From Octopus vulgaris (Eukaryota), in contig OX597838.1 in the NCBI GenBank assembly GCA_951406725.2, forward strand, positions 11,098,001 to 11,162,000: a stretch of 64,000 bases of DNA. The letters are read 5' to 3'. A program made the position numbers and the translations under genes. Positions within the stretch are counted from its first letter, which is position 1. Each line of letters opens with the position of its first letter. Positions 24,585 through 38,326 of the stretch are shown in pieces. A model generated the notes under the pieces. That model was not told the origin of the DNA. It saw only the letters and a program-made list of their open reading frames with translations, and searched no databases.

Positions 24585-25221
24585 GGCACCCATTTTTTTC
24601 TAAACATATATTTTTCTACGCACACGCAGAGTTTTTGTATAAAAACTTCATCTTAATTTTGAAAAATAAAAAGTATTAAAAAAAAAACGCATTATTTATG
24701 GGATGACCCAATACGACAGGTAGAGAAAGATGATACAGTGTGCAGATGTTGATTGGATAAGTTTACATATTAACAATAGAATAATATAAAAATAGCATTA
24801 CTCTAACCACAAAAGATTAATTGTGTTAATCATTCTATCTTTGTGGCTTCTGAATTCACTTTGTAATTCTGCAGCTCCCATGTCGTGTTGTCATACTCGT
24901 TATCAAGTTTGCATGACTTAGTAATTAGTATTAACATCCTTACAGCTCTATCAGGATTTGAAAAAGCTCATTCAGGCTCAAAGAAAAGAGAGAACTAAAA
25001 AATAATGCTGTCATGACATATGGTGAGTCTTGAGAGCATTTTTAGATTTGGAAGGGCCCATTTCTCACCAGGTCTGACAACAGTAGAAAAGAAGGGAGGC
25101 AAGGAGTTTTGACCCTCCCAGTGCTGGATTGGTACTTTATCAAGCTTGAAAGGATGAAAGATAAAGTTGATTTCTGAGGTGTTTGAATACAGCACACAGA
25201 GAGCTGGAAAGAATAGCATGA

Positions 25222-25274
<53 letters not shown>

Positions 25275-26369
25275 GGGAGAGGGAGAGAGAGAGAGAGATG
25301 GAAAAAATAGTACAAAGTAATCTTTTTGGGGCTCTGGCAATTTGCTGTTTATTCATTGTGGAGGCACATGGCTCAGTGGTTAGGGTATTCAGCTCATGAT
25401 TTTAAGGTTGTGACTTCGATTCCCAGTGGCACATTGTGTCCTTGGGCAAGACACTTTATCTCACATTGCTCCAGTCCACTCACCTGGCAACAATGAGTAG
25501 TACCTGTACTTCAAAGGGCCAGCCCTGTCACATTGCTGGTTATGTTGAATCTCCCTGAGAACTACATTAAGTGTATGTGTGTTTGTGGAAAGCTCAGCCA
25601 CTTCATCATCATCATCATCATCATCAACATTTAACATTTGTTTTTCATGTCAGCATGGGGCTTGATGGCTTGACAGGGACTGGCAAGGCCAGTACCTGCA
25701 CTAGGTTCCATAGTCTGTTGACTCGGTGCCCTTCCTAGCACCAACCATTTTACAGAGTGTACCGGGTGCTTTTTATGTGAGACCAACACCCACACCAATC
25801 CTTTTCTACATAGCACCTTGGTTTTAAGATCTCCTTTCTGTTGTGGTGGGCAGGTCTTCTTGAGTACAGCAATGCCCAACACAACTCAATCCTCTGTCAT
25901 CTCCTTTGTAAGGTTCAATGTTTTGAGATCCATTATCAGGCTGTTCTGTCGATCAGATCAACTGGAACACTCATCATCATCATAACTGACAGAAAACCAG
26001 ATTCATTTATACATCAGGAGAAATGTTAGAGACTGAGCAACAGCAGTTGGGGAAATCGATAATGTTGAATTGTTAGAAAAATCACTGCAGGTGATCATCT
26101 GATCAGGTGGCAGCCCAACAGGAAATGAAAAATGCCAATCCATTGATAACATTATCATGATTAGCAGATGTGTTTGTGGAATGATATTTAGGAACTATTT
26201 GTTCAATTAATGCTAACTGAACTTTTCTATAGTCAAACATAATTCAGGCTGTGTTTGTGTTTCTGCTAACATGAATCAGATAACACACATCAGCAGGAAA
26301 CATCATTATTTTTATTCTTTGCAATTAAACCATTTGTCAAACTTCATAAAAAGAGTTTACAAATTTTCA

Positions 26370-26720
26370 GCTAATCATCTTGTCTTCCAAGTAATTTGTC
26401 TGCCAGATGCACCTGATTTACATACACCTGATGCACAATAATAGTCAAAAAGAACCTTTAGCAAGTTCTCACCAAATTTTCTAATTGATGGAATGTAGTC
26501 TTTCAAAACAGACTTGATTGTTTACACAGCTCTTTCTGCTGCATTAGATTTTGGACTGCAGATAGAACTTTCAGCTTCTTTGTAATTAAGTCAATTTAAC
26601 TAAGCCTTTAATTAAATGAATCCTGGTTCATTGTCTCTAATACAACTGACATTGAACTAACGAATCTAGAGAAAATTGAGAAAAGTCATTTCCTCACATA
26701 TTCTGAACTTATGTTGAAAT
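26370..26720 (-). mobile_element. Decayed Gypsy/Ty3-type integrase fragment
   Basis: Reads LFSIFSRF..RDNEPGF..SPKSNAAERAV*TIKSVLK..VLFDY..LLGR, matching the rve core (IFxRFG, SDNGPxF, SNGxAERxVxTxK). Confidence 0.7.
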
Positions 26721-26969
26721 CTAAACCTTAATTCCAGGAAGTAGTTAAGTTAATTATAACGCTGGGTAACATGATTTTGGTCCTTAGGTAGTAACGGTCA
26801 TTTCTATTTGCTTACCCCTGGAAAACATGAAAAATGGCTAATATTTCCTTCTAATTTTGCTTTTCTCATATTTATTCAAACTCCAATGATTCCTTCACAA
26901 CACATGGCTATGGTGCTCCCCCACTATTCCTGCTCATCATCAGAGACGCACATATTGTCAGCAACTATA

Positions 26970-27366
26970 TCTTTATATATAAAAGTGAAGTTGTGTGTCT
27001 GTCTCCTACGATTTAGATTCCTAACTACTCCCACATTTTGCGGTGCAGTTTAACCAAAACCGGGTAGCTTATAGTCGTGATTCATATCGAGCCCTTCTGG
27101 GTATTAGCACGCGTCTATGATGAGTCTACGATTTTAAAAATAATTTACCATTATTTTTTTCCATTTTAATGCATTTTTTCGCTATTATATAAGGGAAGTA
27201 ACTCTCTAAAAATGTCTACGATGAGTCAACGAATTTAAAAAAAATTTACCATCATTTCTTTTCCATTTTTAATGCATTTTTTTGCTATTTTTTGGCTATA
27301 ACTCTCTAAAAATGCTTTATATTTATTTCCCTTACAAACCCGAGCAACGCCGGGCGATACTGCTAG
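26970..27366 (+). mobile_element. Non-autonomous Helitron
   Basis: Begins TC after an A and ends with hairpin cccg-agcaacgc-cggg, ~8 nt, then CTAG before a T. No TSD. Internal tandem duplication. Confidence 0.8.
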
Positions 27367-27639
27367 TCCTTCATAAAACAAACTCAAATTTTTTCTTCAT
27401 ATTAAAACAGAACAAAAAAACAGGCGACCAGAAATGTTTAAAATATGTGATTCAGGGAAAATTCAAACGATACATTTATTTCAAATGTACAAAGGATTTA
27501 AAGAGATGAGTGAAATATTATGGTAAAGTTTTGTGATGTGAAACAGGAAGAACATGAATAAAGTGAGCATTAAGTCTTTTGCTACCATATTTCTGCTGAA
27601 CACATTGCTTTTGTTTCAATTAAATTTGGAATAAAGAAT

Positions 27640-28069
27640 TTAACCCTTTTACACAGAAAGCAGATATATCCACTCTAGATTATATTATCTTTAACAGCAG
27701 AAAGCAGTTTTATACACCAATCTATCTTTTGTTGAAGAATTTATTTTCTGATGAGATATACCGGCTTTAATCCTTTTGTTACCATATTTGCATCAAATAC
27801 ACTACTTTTGCTTCAATTAAATAAGAAAGCTATAAAGAATTTAACCCTTTTAGATAGAAAGCAGATATATCCTTTCAAAATTTTATTATCTTTAACTGCA
27901 GAAAGCAGTTTTATACACCAACGTATCTTTCGTTGAGGGAACTATTTTCTGATAAGTCAAGTTTATTGAGGCATCGGGAGTTGCAGAAAATATCAGTTCT
28001 ATTTTTGCTCGATATTTAACATCATCACTGGAATACCCATGAAATTTAATTTTGCAGTGAAAGGGTTAA
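27640..28069. mobile_element. TTAA-flanked MITE-like element (ccctttt..aaaggg) with a duplicated left end
   Basis: ttaaccctttt at 27640 and 27841; aaagggttaa at 28060-28069. Confidence 0.6.
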
Positions 28070-28734
28070 AAGCAAAACACTGGAGTCATTATCAAACTGC
28101 TGTTTGGGATATAAACTGACATGAAATTTTGATGGAAGGTTTTTAATTTAGTTTGCTTCAAAGCATGAAGTTTGTGGTTAAGAAAAGAAGCAGTGTTATG
28201 TGCAACAAGATGCCGATTCATAAGAAACATTAAAAAACGAAAAAAAAAAAAAACAGTTGAAAGGAAAATAAAAGCACAACCAACAACAAAATAGGACCAT
28301 AAAGATAAGCTGTGAAAATGCTCCATGCAGTGCAATGTGGTGAACCCCTGTTGACATAAATTAACAAAGTATACAAAAGGTGAAATAAAAAGCAATATGC
28401 TTTGTTAAAGTGGTATTTGTCTACTCCAGGATTAACCAACCTCTGTCTGTTGCAGCCAGCCTTACATGGTTCCTCAATTATTTCAAATGTACTCCATTTG
28501 ATAAAAGAGGAGAAACTTGGTCTTTTAACAGATTCTTCTTTTTTTTTTTTCGTTTTTTTGTTATTGCTTTAAAAGGCAATATGACCCTATCACTAGCTGA
28601 AAACCTTAGCACATAACAGCCTCAAAGCCAAGAACCTTCGAAACCAATAGCTGAGTCATAAACAACTGTACTCTGACTTCACATAATGTGAATCAACATT
28701 TCATATGAAAGATGTGACTGCTTCTCTCACTCAT

Positions 28735-28974
28735 CCTTTATCTTTTACTTGCTTCAGTCATTAGACTGTGGCCATGCTAGGGCACCAGCTTGAAACATTT
28801 TACTCAAGGGAACTCATCTCATTACTAATTTTTGTTTAAAAGCCCGGTGCTTACTCTATTGGTCTTTTTTTGCCAAACTGCTAAGTTATGAGGATGTAAT
28901 CAGACCAACACCAGTTGTCAAGTGGCAGTAGGGGACAAACAGACACAGACATACACACAGAGGTATATATATAC

Positions 28975-29036
<62 letters not shown>

Positions 29037-29183
29037 ATACATACATATATATATATATATACATATATACATATATATATATACATATATATATACATAT
29101 ATATATACATATATACATATATATATACATATATATATACATATATATAATATATATATACATATATATATACATATATATAC

Positions 29184-29231
<48 letters not shown>

Positions 29232-29242
29232 ATATATATAAT

Positions 29243-29322
<80 letters not shown>

Positions 29323-29600
29323 CATATTACTCTACCCCTGGTATTTGAGTACTCTTTTTTCCACCTTGTTTCACATTTATGTGTTTACTCCAGTATATAT
29401 ATATATATATATATATGCATACATACACACAATATATACAATAAACAAGCTTCTGTTTACCAAATCCACTCACAATGGTTTGACAGGACCAAGGCTACAG
29501 TAGAAGGCATTTGCCCAAGGTGCTATCCAATGGGACTGAACCCAGAACCATGTGGTTGAGAAGCAAACTTCTTATCACATAGCCAGGCCTGTACCTACTC
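28735..29600 (-). mobile_element. Old SINE A whose internal TA tract has expanded to >400 bp
   Basis: SINE tail at 28735-28950, TA/TACA tract 28964-29420 with a ~75-bp insert, SINE head at 29450-29600. Confidence 0.8.
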
Positions 29601-29732
29601 ATTTTTTTTTTTTTAAATAGCCTTTTATAAAATTCTGTCAGGTCATACTTATTTAGCCCCGGGCCAACCAGTTTCACTCTCCTGTTGCGTCACATCGCAA
29701 GATAACTCCGAGAGCAAGCTTTAAAGACTCAC

Positions 29733-29903
29733 CAGTTGTTTGGTCTTCGAAGAGTCCTTAAGGAGGGAAATCTCTGATTGGAGCTCTTTGTTATTTTGTT
29801 CCAGCTCTGCCAACTGTTTAAACGATTGCTGAAGTTTTTCCTTTTGAATGTCAAGGGAAATATTAGTTTTTCCATTCTCTTGGCTGATGTCACGGGAATT
29901 CAC
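29733..29903 (-). CDS. Internal coding exon (171 nt, phase 0/0) of an unidentified coiled-coil protein
   Basis: Acceptor gtatttctcacctgtag| and donor |gtgagt on the minus strand. Reads VNSRDISQENGKTNISLDIQKEKLQQSFKQLAELEQNNKELQSEISLLKDSSKTKQL: non-repetitive, E/K/Q/L-rich and heptad-like. Confidence 0.8.
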
Positions 29904-30849
29904 CTACAGGTGAGAAATACAAAGCAAGTTGGATATCAATGCAGTGAAATTAAAGAAAATGAAACAAGGCTTTTGGTAAGCAAGGAGGTGTGAAGGACAA
30001 AGATTGTGTGTAGAGTGTGTGTCTGAAATACAATTAATTTTCCATCTCAGTATTGCAGATGTAAATTATATATACACATATACATACATATATAAATGTA
30101 TGTATATCCATTACAGTTGATCTTATTTCATTCTATAACTGCCATCTCTGAAGAGTGCAGGGTTACATAATCGGGCTATTACCTAACACTCTTGTGAACC
30201 CCTAGTGTGAAACCAATTGGTAAGATTGGCCGTAATGGATATATAACCACATAATGATTTATAAACATCGAATTATTAAAGTGGAAAAATTATCAGAGAA
30301 GCCATTCCTATTCAATTTTTCAAATATATAAAAACTGTAAGCAAAAACTTTCTATTTCTATATAAAGTATATATGCATAAGTTAGAGTCAACAGATAAGA
30401 TCCAGAGATTCTCAATACAGAAAACACTTAATAGCGCTCAAATGATTTCAATTTACACTCTGAAACCTTTACTTAGGACCAAGTCCATGGAGTAAAGAGT
30501 TGCTATAAGAGGAATCCAGGTGAGCAGATATGGAGACAATAATGCAAATAAGCAAATAAAACTGTTTGGGTTTGATATACAAAATATATACATACATGTA
30601 AAGAAAGTATAGACTGAAAATTTATACATCAACAGAGCAAACTTACACTGGGTACAAAGACACAAGAAAAAAATGGTGTAACGGGTCTGTGTAAATTTGT
30701 TCTGTTAATATATATAAATATCCATATATTTTTGCACTTAAGTATTCATTGTCAGAAAATTTCTAGTCTTTGCCTTCTCTTTATTTACATGTACATATGT
30801 TTTGTATATCAAACCCAAGCAGTTTTATGTTTATATATATGTATATATA

Positions 30850-31046
30850 AGTCGCCATGATAGATCGTTAGCAACTACACACATTTTTTTCTCTCCTTGT
30901 TTCTCTCCACATTTTTTCTGTCCCTTTCTGTAGAAGAGCGTAGGCTCAAAACGTAAAAGACTTTTTCTATTCCTGAGCGTTATACTAATACATCTGTTTG
31001 TTTTCTACGCCACCTGTCTTCGTCTTTTGTTTTTTTTGTGAACTCT

Positions 31047-31050
<4 letters not shown>
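30850..31050 (+). mobile_element. Short (TA)n-embedded element with a hammerhead-like core (probable PLE terminus)
   Basis: Near-identical inverted copy at 50671-50852 and a relative at 32735-32910. Core ctgtagaa-gagc-gtag-gctc-aaaacgta. Confidence 0.7.
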
Positions 31051-31093
<43 letters not shown>

Positions 31094-31166
31094 AATTAGG
31101 ATAATATCGATATTATCAAGTGGCCAGCATGGGAAAAAATACCGTACAAAGGTAATAATTTTTTAC

Positions 31167-31353
31167 AATTAAAAATGAGGGTGTCTGAGAGACACCACCA
31201 TGCCGAAATAGCAGTCAAAACTCTGACTATAAAAACCACGTTAAATGTTCATATCGTACCATGATATGGTACGATATGAACATTTAACATGCTTTTTATA
31301 GTCAGAGTTTTGACTGCTATTTCGGCATGGTGGTGTCTCTCAGACACCCTCAT

Positions 31354-31361
<8 letters not shown>
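31167..31361. repeat. ~195-bp palindrome with a 3-nt spacer between (TA)n tracts
   Basis: atatcgtaccat-gat-atggtacgatat centre; arms ~96 bp and almost perfect. Confidence 0.95.
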
Positions 31362-31421
<60 letters not shown>

Positions 31422-31776
31422 CAGAAAATATACAGAGTATGTATATTTGTAAGTAGAAGGTGTAGATTATTACACAGTGTTACTCTGAAAGGGATTTATT
31501 GAAAGAGAGACACAGAGAACTTGGAAGAAAGGTAATAAAGAAAGGAAAAACAGAAAATGGTAAGGACAGTCTTGATTGTGATAATGTACAATACATTTTA
31601 TCCAGCGGTCCAAACAAATACTGAAGTAGTCGTTACTTAGCTTATTAAAGTCAGCCCTGATTACTAAACGAACACATGACCAAAGGTATTGCAGTCTTTT
31701 CCTCAAACAAATTGCAACTAAGATGAACTAATCTATGCAATGTGTCTTTTTTTTTTATATAAAAAAAACAACAACC

Positions 31777-31933
31777 AGGAGTGGCTGTGTGGTAAGTAGC
31801 TTGCTAACCAACCACATGGTTCCAGGTTCAGTCCCACTGCGTGGCACCTTGGGCAAGTGTCTTCTGCTATAGCCCCGGGCCGACCAATGCCTTGTGAGTG
31901 GATTTGGTAGACGGAAACTGAAAGAAGCCTGTC

Positions 31934-31979
<46 letters not shown>

Positions 31980-32183
31980 ATTTGTGTGTCTGTGTTTGTC
32001 CCCCTAGCATTGCTTGACAACCGATGCTGGTGTGTTTACGTCCCCGCCACTTAGTGGTTCGGCAAAAGAGACCGATAGAATAAGTACTGGGCTTACAAAG
32101 AATAAGTCTCGGGGTCGATTTGCTCGACTAAAGGCGGTGCTCCAGCATGGCCGCAGTCGAATGACTGAAACAAGTAAAAGAGT
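31777..32183 (+). mobile_element. SINE family A, full length
   Basis: Matches the other copies. Confidence 0.9.
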
Positions 32184-32910
32184 AAACCATATAACATGAG
32201 ATTCGGCTGCTTTCTCTAGCAAAATGAGCAACCGTTCAGAGGCTCCCTCAATTAGCTCAGAATAGTAAAACTAGGCTAAATCTTCAGGTATAACACTCAT
32301 TTATTTTTATCAAAATCAATATTACAATTAAGCGTATGTATAATAAAAGGTATCAGGTTATAAAGTTAACCCCCACCCCACTTATGAAAAGAAAAAAAAA
32401 GAAAACAATGTAATAAGTCTTTGTAATATTTTAGATTATTCAGAAACCATTATTTTTTTATTGATTTTTCTTTTTCTCATTATATATTAATATTTTATAT
32501 AAAATGAAATATTAAAAGCTAATAGATAATAGTATTTTATTATTTATTTATTCAATCAATTTAAACATGCAGGCAAAGGTGGTAAGCTATGACATACTGA
32601 GGAAGGTATTTAATAACCTTTATATCATAATTTAACATCCATTTTCCATGCTGGCATGGCTTGAACAGTTTGACAGAAGCCGGCAAACCATTAAATATAT
32701 ATATATATATATATATATACATGGTTCAAATGTACAAAAAATAATAGACAGGGACAGGCGAGGGAACAACAAACAAGGTATATTAGTTTGATGCTCAGGA
32801 AAATGGAAAAGTCATTGACATTTCGAGCCTATGCTCTTCGGCAGAAAGGGATAAGAAAAGAAAATGGAGAGAGAGAAAAGATAAAATAGAGAGAGAGAAA
32901 AAAACAAAGG

Positions 32911-33355
32911 TGCTGCCCTGGAGGATGTCATGAGTGATGCACTGGAACAGCCACTATGACTCACAGGGCTCGCACTGGCAGACAGCCATCTCTGCCCCAA
33001 TAGCAGCGAACAGGGATATGATTCCAAGGACCGAGTATGCCACAAACTTGACCATGAACCTGTCAGAAAGTGACTGATACTTTGACAGTTTGCTTTTCTG
33101 AGCCTGATGGGCAGTGGTGCCTGGGCTGGTAGCTGAACACATCAAGTTGCCATTGGAGAAGGTGTCACAGCACATGGCATCCCAGGTGAGGGGCCTACCA
33201 CCACAGAATGAGAAAATTGTCATACCGTCAAGCCTTTTATCATCCCCTCGGTCTAGCCTACAACATCAAGGCCATGCTTCGTGATTTTGTTAAGGGTGGT
33301 ATGGCTTGGAAAGTGGCCAGCACTACAATGGCTTGAAAATGGATGGAGGTTAAAA
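32911..33355 (-). mobile_element. CRE-clade-like non-LTR retrotransposon remnant (zinc knuckle plus restriction-like endonuclease)
   Basis: Reads LHPFSSHCSAGHFPSHTTLNKI../LDRGDDKRLDGMTIF..GRPLTWDAMCCDTF..AQKSKLSKYQSL, matching the RLE pattern RHxxLN, DGKRPDG, LxWDxTxxDT, KxxKY. Confidence 0.8.
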
Positions 33356-34761
33356 AAATCCACAGTGAATCTACAACAGTATTTGATTATCAGTAGATTA
33401 TCTACACATGTAGCAGTTGTGTAAAAGATGGTACTGTGAGCTTTTAAAACAATTTAGGCTCCAAAATTGTAATATAAATCATACACGAGGGCATACTATA
33501 CTTGCTATCAAGTAATAGTAGGCAGGGACAAACACAAACACACACACATATACATTTGGTAGATGGAAACTGAAAGAAGCCCATTGTATATACATACATA
33601 CACATACAATGGGCTTCTTTTAGTTTCCATCCACCAAATTTGCTCATAAGGCTTTGGTCAGCCTGGGACTAGAATAGAAGACATTTGCCCAAGGTGCAAC
33701 ACAGTGAGGCTGAACCCAGAACCATATGGTTGGGAAGTAAACTTACAGCACAGCCATGCCTGCATACACACACACACACACACTGGGTTTCCACACAGTT
33801 TCCATTAACCAAATTTACTCACAAGGCATATAGAGATTATAAGGACTATAGCCCAGGCATGTAAGTGAAGACAGTTGTCCAAGGTGCTGTAAAGTAGAAG
33901 TGACCCCCCCCCCCAAAAAAAAAACCCCACATGGTCATGAAGCTTGTTAGCATGTGACGAAAAATTGATTCACTGACATTAGACTTCCCAATACCCTTGA
34001 ATCAGAAACATTAATTTTATTAAAATTTAACCGAAATGTTGCAATTAGAAATTCAATAAATCACAAAATAAATCAACAATAATATAAATGATATTATGTA
34101 AATATTTCTAAAAGTGCCATGCAAGCAACAATTCTCCATTATATTTTATAGCAGGAGAGAATGGAAGATAGTCTCAAATGAGTTCATAAAAACAGAAAGA
34201 TGGCAACGACCCAAAACATTTTGAAACTATTGATGCAGTTTTAACACCTAAACAGAACATGAAGTTTTCTTTATTGATTTTGTTTTAACAAGAAGCTCAC
34301 CTTATGCTTGTAATAGACACAGAAGTCAATGAAAGGTTAAAGACTAGGAGTATTAAAATATTAGAACCAGGATCAATGTTAGTTGCTACATTTTGTTTCT
34401 GAAGGAAAACAGCTTACACGGATCATAGAAAACATGTGGAGTCTGTTCTTTGTTTTCTCGTTGTTTTTCCAATATTTTTAAGTGCTGGCATTACACCACA
34501 AATAATGTGAATGTGTGCATACGTACAACACATACATGAATATCACTATCAACATTTAACCCTTTTACTTTCACTTTATTCTATCTCAATTAATGCTCAT
34601 TTACTCACATTGTTTTGAATTAACCATGCAATTATTTTGTAGCTTTGAGTTTTCGATGACGTGATCGTTTAATTTTTAGAATGACACTGTAGGGTAAGTG
34701 CAAGAGGCAGGATCTGGCCAGTTTGAACAGGAAAAGCTACAAGAACATTTTGGCCAGATAT

Positions 34762-34973
34762 TACTCTTTTACTTGTTTCAGTCATTTGACTGCGGCCATG
34801 CTGGAGCACCGCCTTTAATCGAGCAACTCGACCCCGGGAATTATTCTTTGTAAGCCCAGTACTTATTCTATCGGTCTCTTTTGCTGAACCGCTAAATGAC
34901 GGGGACATAAACACACCAGCATCAGTTGTCAAGCAATGCTAGGGGGACAAAGACAGAGACACAAACATACACG

Positions 34974-35039
<66 letters not shown>

Positions 35040-35202
35040 TACGACGGGCTTCTTTCAGTTTCCGTCTACCAAATCCACTCACAAGGCTTTGGTCGGCCCG
35101 GGGCTATAGTAGAAGACACTTGCCCAAGGTGCCACCCAGTGGGACTGAACCCAGAACCATGTGGTTGGTAAACAAGCTACTCACCACACAGCCACTCCTG
35201 CA
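34762..35202 (-). mobile_element. SINE family A inserted in a TTAA-type MITE
   Basis: Full SINE; host MITE sequence lies at 34557-34761 and resumes at ~35203. Confidence 0.9.
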
Positions 35203-36234
35203 CCGGTTTTAAATTCTTTGACCCTTTAGTATTCACATTGTTCTGTCAAAAGTAATTCTTATTTATTCACATTGTTTTGAATTAATCGTGCATCATCTTG
35301 TAGCTTTGAGATTTTGATGAGGTAACTGTAAATTTTTAGAATGATATTGTAGGGTTGGTGTGAGAGGCCAGATCTGGTCAGTTTGAACACAAAGCAGGGA
35401 GAATATTTTGGCCAGATATGGCATGGGTTGGACGATATGACAGGATCTGATTGGTTCAAGGACTACATAGTGCTCCAGTGTCTGCTTGAAATAGCTTCTA
35501 TACCTGGACATCCTTCCTATCACCAACCACTGCACATCATGTACAGGGTACCTTTATCATGCCTTCAGCAATAATTAGGTTGCCATGCAGCTTGCAAGAA
35601 TATAAACCATGGAAAGGGGTACTTTAGTTTATCAACAATACGGAGCAGGTTCCTTGTTATAGAGAAGATATATATTTACACACATTTTGGAATGTATGGA
35701 AGCACATTAGTACTATAAAAATAACACCGTGTAACATAAGTTTTGTCCTTGGGTAGCATCTCTTATTTGCTTACCCTTGGAAAGTATGAAAAATGGCCAA
35801 TATTTCCTTTAAACTTTGCTTTGCTCAAATGTGTTTCCATTTGGACAGCAAGAAGTAAACTACACTCTTGAGTTTATGATCCCTGTATTAATACTGTCAT
35901 CTATGTTGCCAGAACCTTCTAGAAATTCTCTAAACTTCTAGAAAATTCTGCTTCAACAACTAAGCACTGAATCTGTCCAAAATGTAATGGAATAGAGGTC
36001 AGTTTCAAACCATTGATGTCCAGGTCAGTAAAGCAAAGTCTGAAGGGGATAATAGTCATTTCCTTTGATTTCTAGATAGAAACAGATAGGAAACTAGAAA
36101 AGCACTCAGACCTCCGCCAAGCACCATATATTTCCACACGTATACACGGATGCTGAAAATCACCCAATTTCCCAAACCAACGCCAGCAAAAACATAACCC
36201 CCTTGGTGGGGGTAAAAAAAAATAACACAGCCAT

Positions 36235-36600
36235 ATGTCTGTATGTGTGTCAGTGTATGTGTGTGTCTATGCATGTCTGTATGTGTGTCAGTATGTGTGT
36301 GTCTATGCATATCTGTATGTATGTGTCAGTATGTGTGTCTATGCATGTCTGTATGTGTCAATATGTGTGTGTCTATGCATGTCTGTATGTGTGTGTGTGT
36401 CTATGCATGTCTGTATGTGTGTCAGTATGTGTGTGTCTATGCATGTCTATATGCAGTATTTGTATGTCAGTATATGCATGTCAGTATGTGTGTCTATATA
36501 CATGTCAGTATGTGTGCATTTATATGCATGTCTGTACATGTGTCAATATGTGTGTGTGGAGGAGACATGGGTACATGTGTAGATGGATAAGCATGCTTGT
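36235..36600. repeat. TG-rich minisatellite (gtgtctatgcatgtctgtatgtgtgtcagtat-like)
   Basis: Repeated ctatgcatgtctgtatgtg units that decay rightward. Confidence 0.85.
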
Positions 36601-36692
36601 GTGTATACATTGTGCATGCGTGCATATATGCATGCGTACATGAAGATATGTATATAGGTGTAGAAGGATAAGTGTGTATATATGTGACAGTA

Positions 36693-36727
<35 letters not shown>

Positions 36728-37269
36728 AGAGAGACAGACAGACAGAATGTGCATGTGTATGTGTGTGCATGCGCTTATGCATCTGCATGCATGCACGAGT
36801 GTAAGTTTCAGGAACTTTATATCCTAAATAGTCGGTGATCAATAACGTTCATTGATTTATAGTGTGTGAGAAGGAGGGAGAAAAGTGTGCTCAGCCAATA
36901 GGTTTCATCTTGTTAGTACAATGAGAAAACATTATGTCAGTGGAATAAGGAAGAGTAAGGATGAGAGGGGAAGGTGGCACGGAGATGAGGGGGAGCGGCA
37001 AATGAGAGAATGAGAAGAAAAGTAGGTGTGAATGAGGGCAATGGCGGTGCCCCAGCATGGCCACAGCTCGTGAGCTGAAACTAGATAAAATAAAATAAAA
37101 TTTAAAAAATGGTGAAAATGAAGAAATATAGAGGGAAAGGTGGGGAGTAAGGTGGGAGTGGGGTTGGGGTAAGTGAGGGATGAGAATTGGGAAAATAAAT
37201 CAAGTGAAAGAGGGGAGGAAATAAGAATGGAGAATGAGGGGAGAAGGGAGAAGAATGGGAGAGAGAGAA

Positions 37270-37900
37270 AATTAATGAGATGGGAGAAGGAAATGGAAAA
37301 GGAAGAGTAAATGAATAAAAGTTAGGAGAAGGAAAGAAGAGAGGAGATAATTAGGAGAGGTAGAGGTAGTGAGAGAGTTCAGGTAAGAAATATTTAGAAA
37401 GAGACATGGTGTTGAGGGAAAGAGGGGGTGGAGAGAGACAAAAAGAGAGAGGGCAGGAGGGAGGGAGAAGATAGAAAGTGAGGGAGAGAGAGAGACTGAG
37501 AAGAGAGTGAGAGGGTGAAAGAGGGAGGAGAGGAGAGAAAGATGGAGGGGGAGAGAGGGAGAGAAAGGGAAAGGGAGAAAGATGGAGGGGAGAGAGGGGA
37601 GAGGGAGAAAGATGGAGGGGAGAGAGGGAGAAAAATGGAGGGGGAGAGAGGGAGAGAAAGGGAGGAGAAAGATGGAGGGGAGAGAAAGGGAGCGGGAGAA
37701 AGATGGAGGGGGAGAGAAGGAGAGAGAGGAGCTCTGGAGGAAAGACTGAGACGAAAATGAGAAAAGAGGAGGTTGACGAAAAAAAGGAGACAATGAAAAT
37801 GTCAAAGATGAATAGAGTTTGAAGGAGAGGGAGAAGATAGAGTTGGGGGGAAAACAAAGCAGGAAGGAGAGTAATGAAACAAACAGAAGCTGGAAAGGAG
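37270..37900. repeat. Polypurine GA-rich tract with a ~35-bp minisatellite
   Basis: Repeated gagaaagatggagggggagag. Confidence 0.85.
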
Positions 37901-38326
37901 GGCAAGGAGACAAACAGAACTTGAGAAGGAGAGCAAGTGGGGGGGGGACTTTACAGCAAAGGAAACGAGAAAGAAGATCTCCTTCCTATCAAAATTCAGT
38001 GGAAAATCTAGATAATCAGGGCAACTAGTCTAGCCTTGACTCCAAAGAAGAGGGTAAAAAGTTCAATTCCTGTTCTGTACAGAAATTTCCTCAGTTCCTT
38101 TTTTTTTATACTTCATTACATTTTTATCTTGTTTTTTTTGTGTGTTTTGCCAGTGGCAGCAGGAAGTGCAGAAAATGAGTGCAGCAGGCTTTAAACAGCG
38201 ATCCCTGCAGGGTTTTGTAACCCAATTGTGCACACAATGGGAAAGAGATCCAGGTGCAAGAAGGGTGATTGGATTGGATAGGTAAACATTTACCACATCA
38301 CCATTAGCTCAAATATGTTAAATATT

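Noticed and set aside
28881-29325. YIYI/HTHT/VCVC ORFs here and at 13809, 36203, 45261, 55775 and 63142
   Set aside because: Translations of (TA)n, (CA)n and (TG)n microsatellites.
38154-38281. Plus-strand exon-like segment (..ttttgccag|WQQEVQKM..GLD|gtaaac); similar isolated sites at ~13173-13212, 44172 and 59296
   Set aside because: They could not be chained into a consistent open frame, and such sites are expected by chance in 64 kb of AT-rich DNA.
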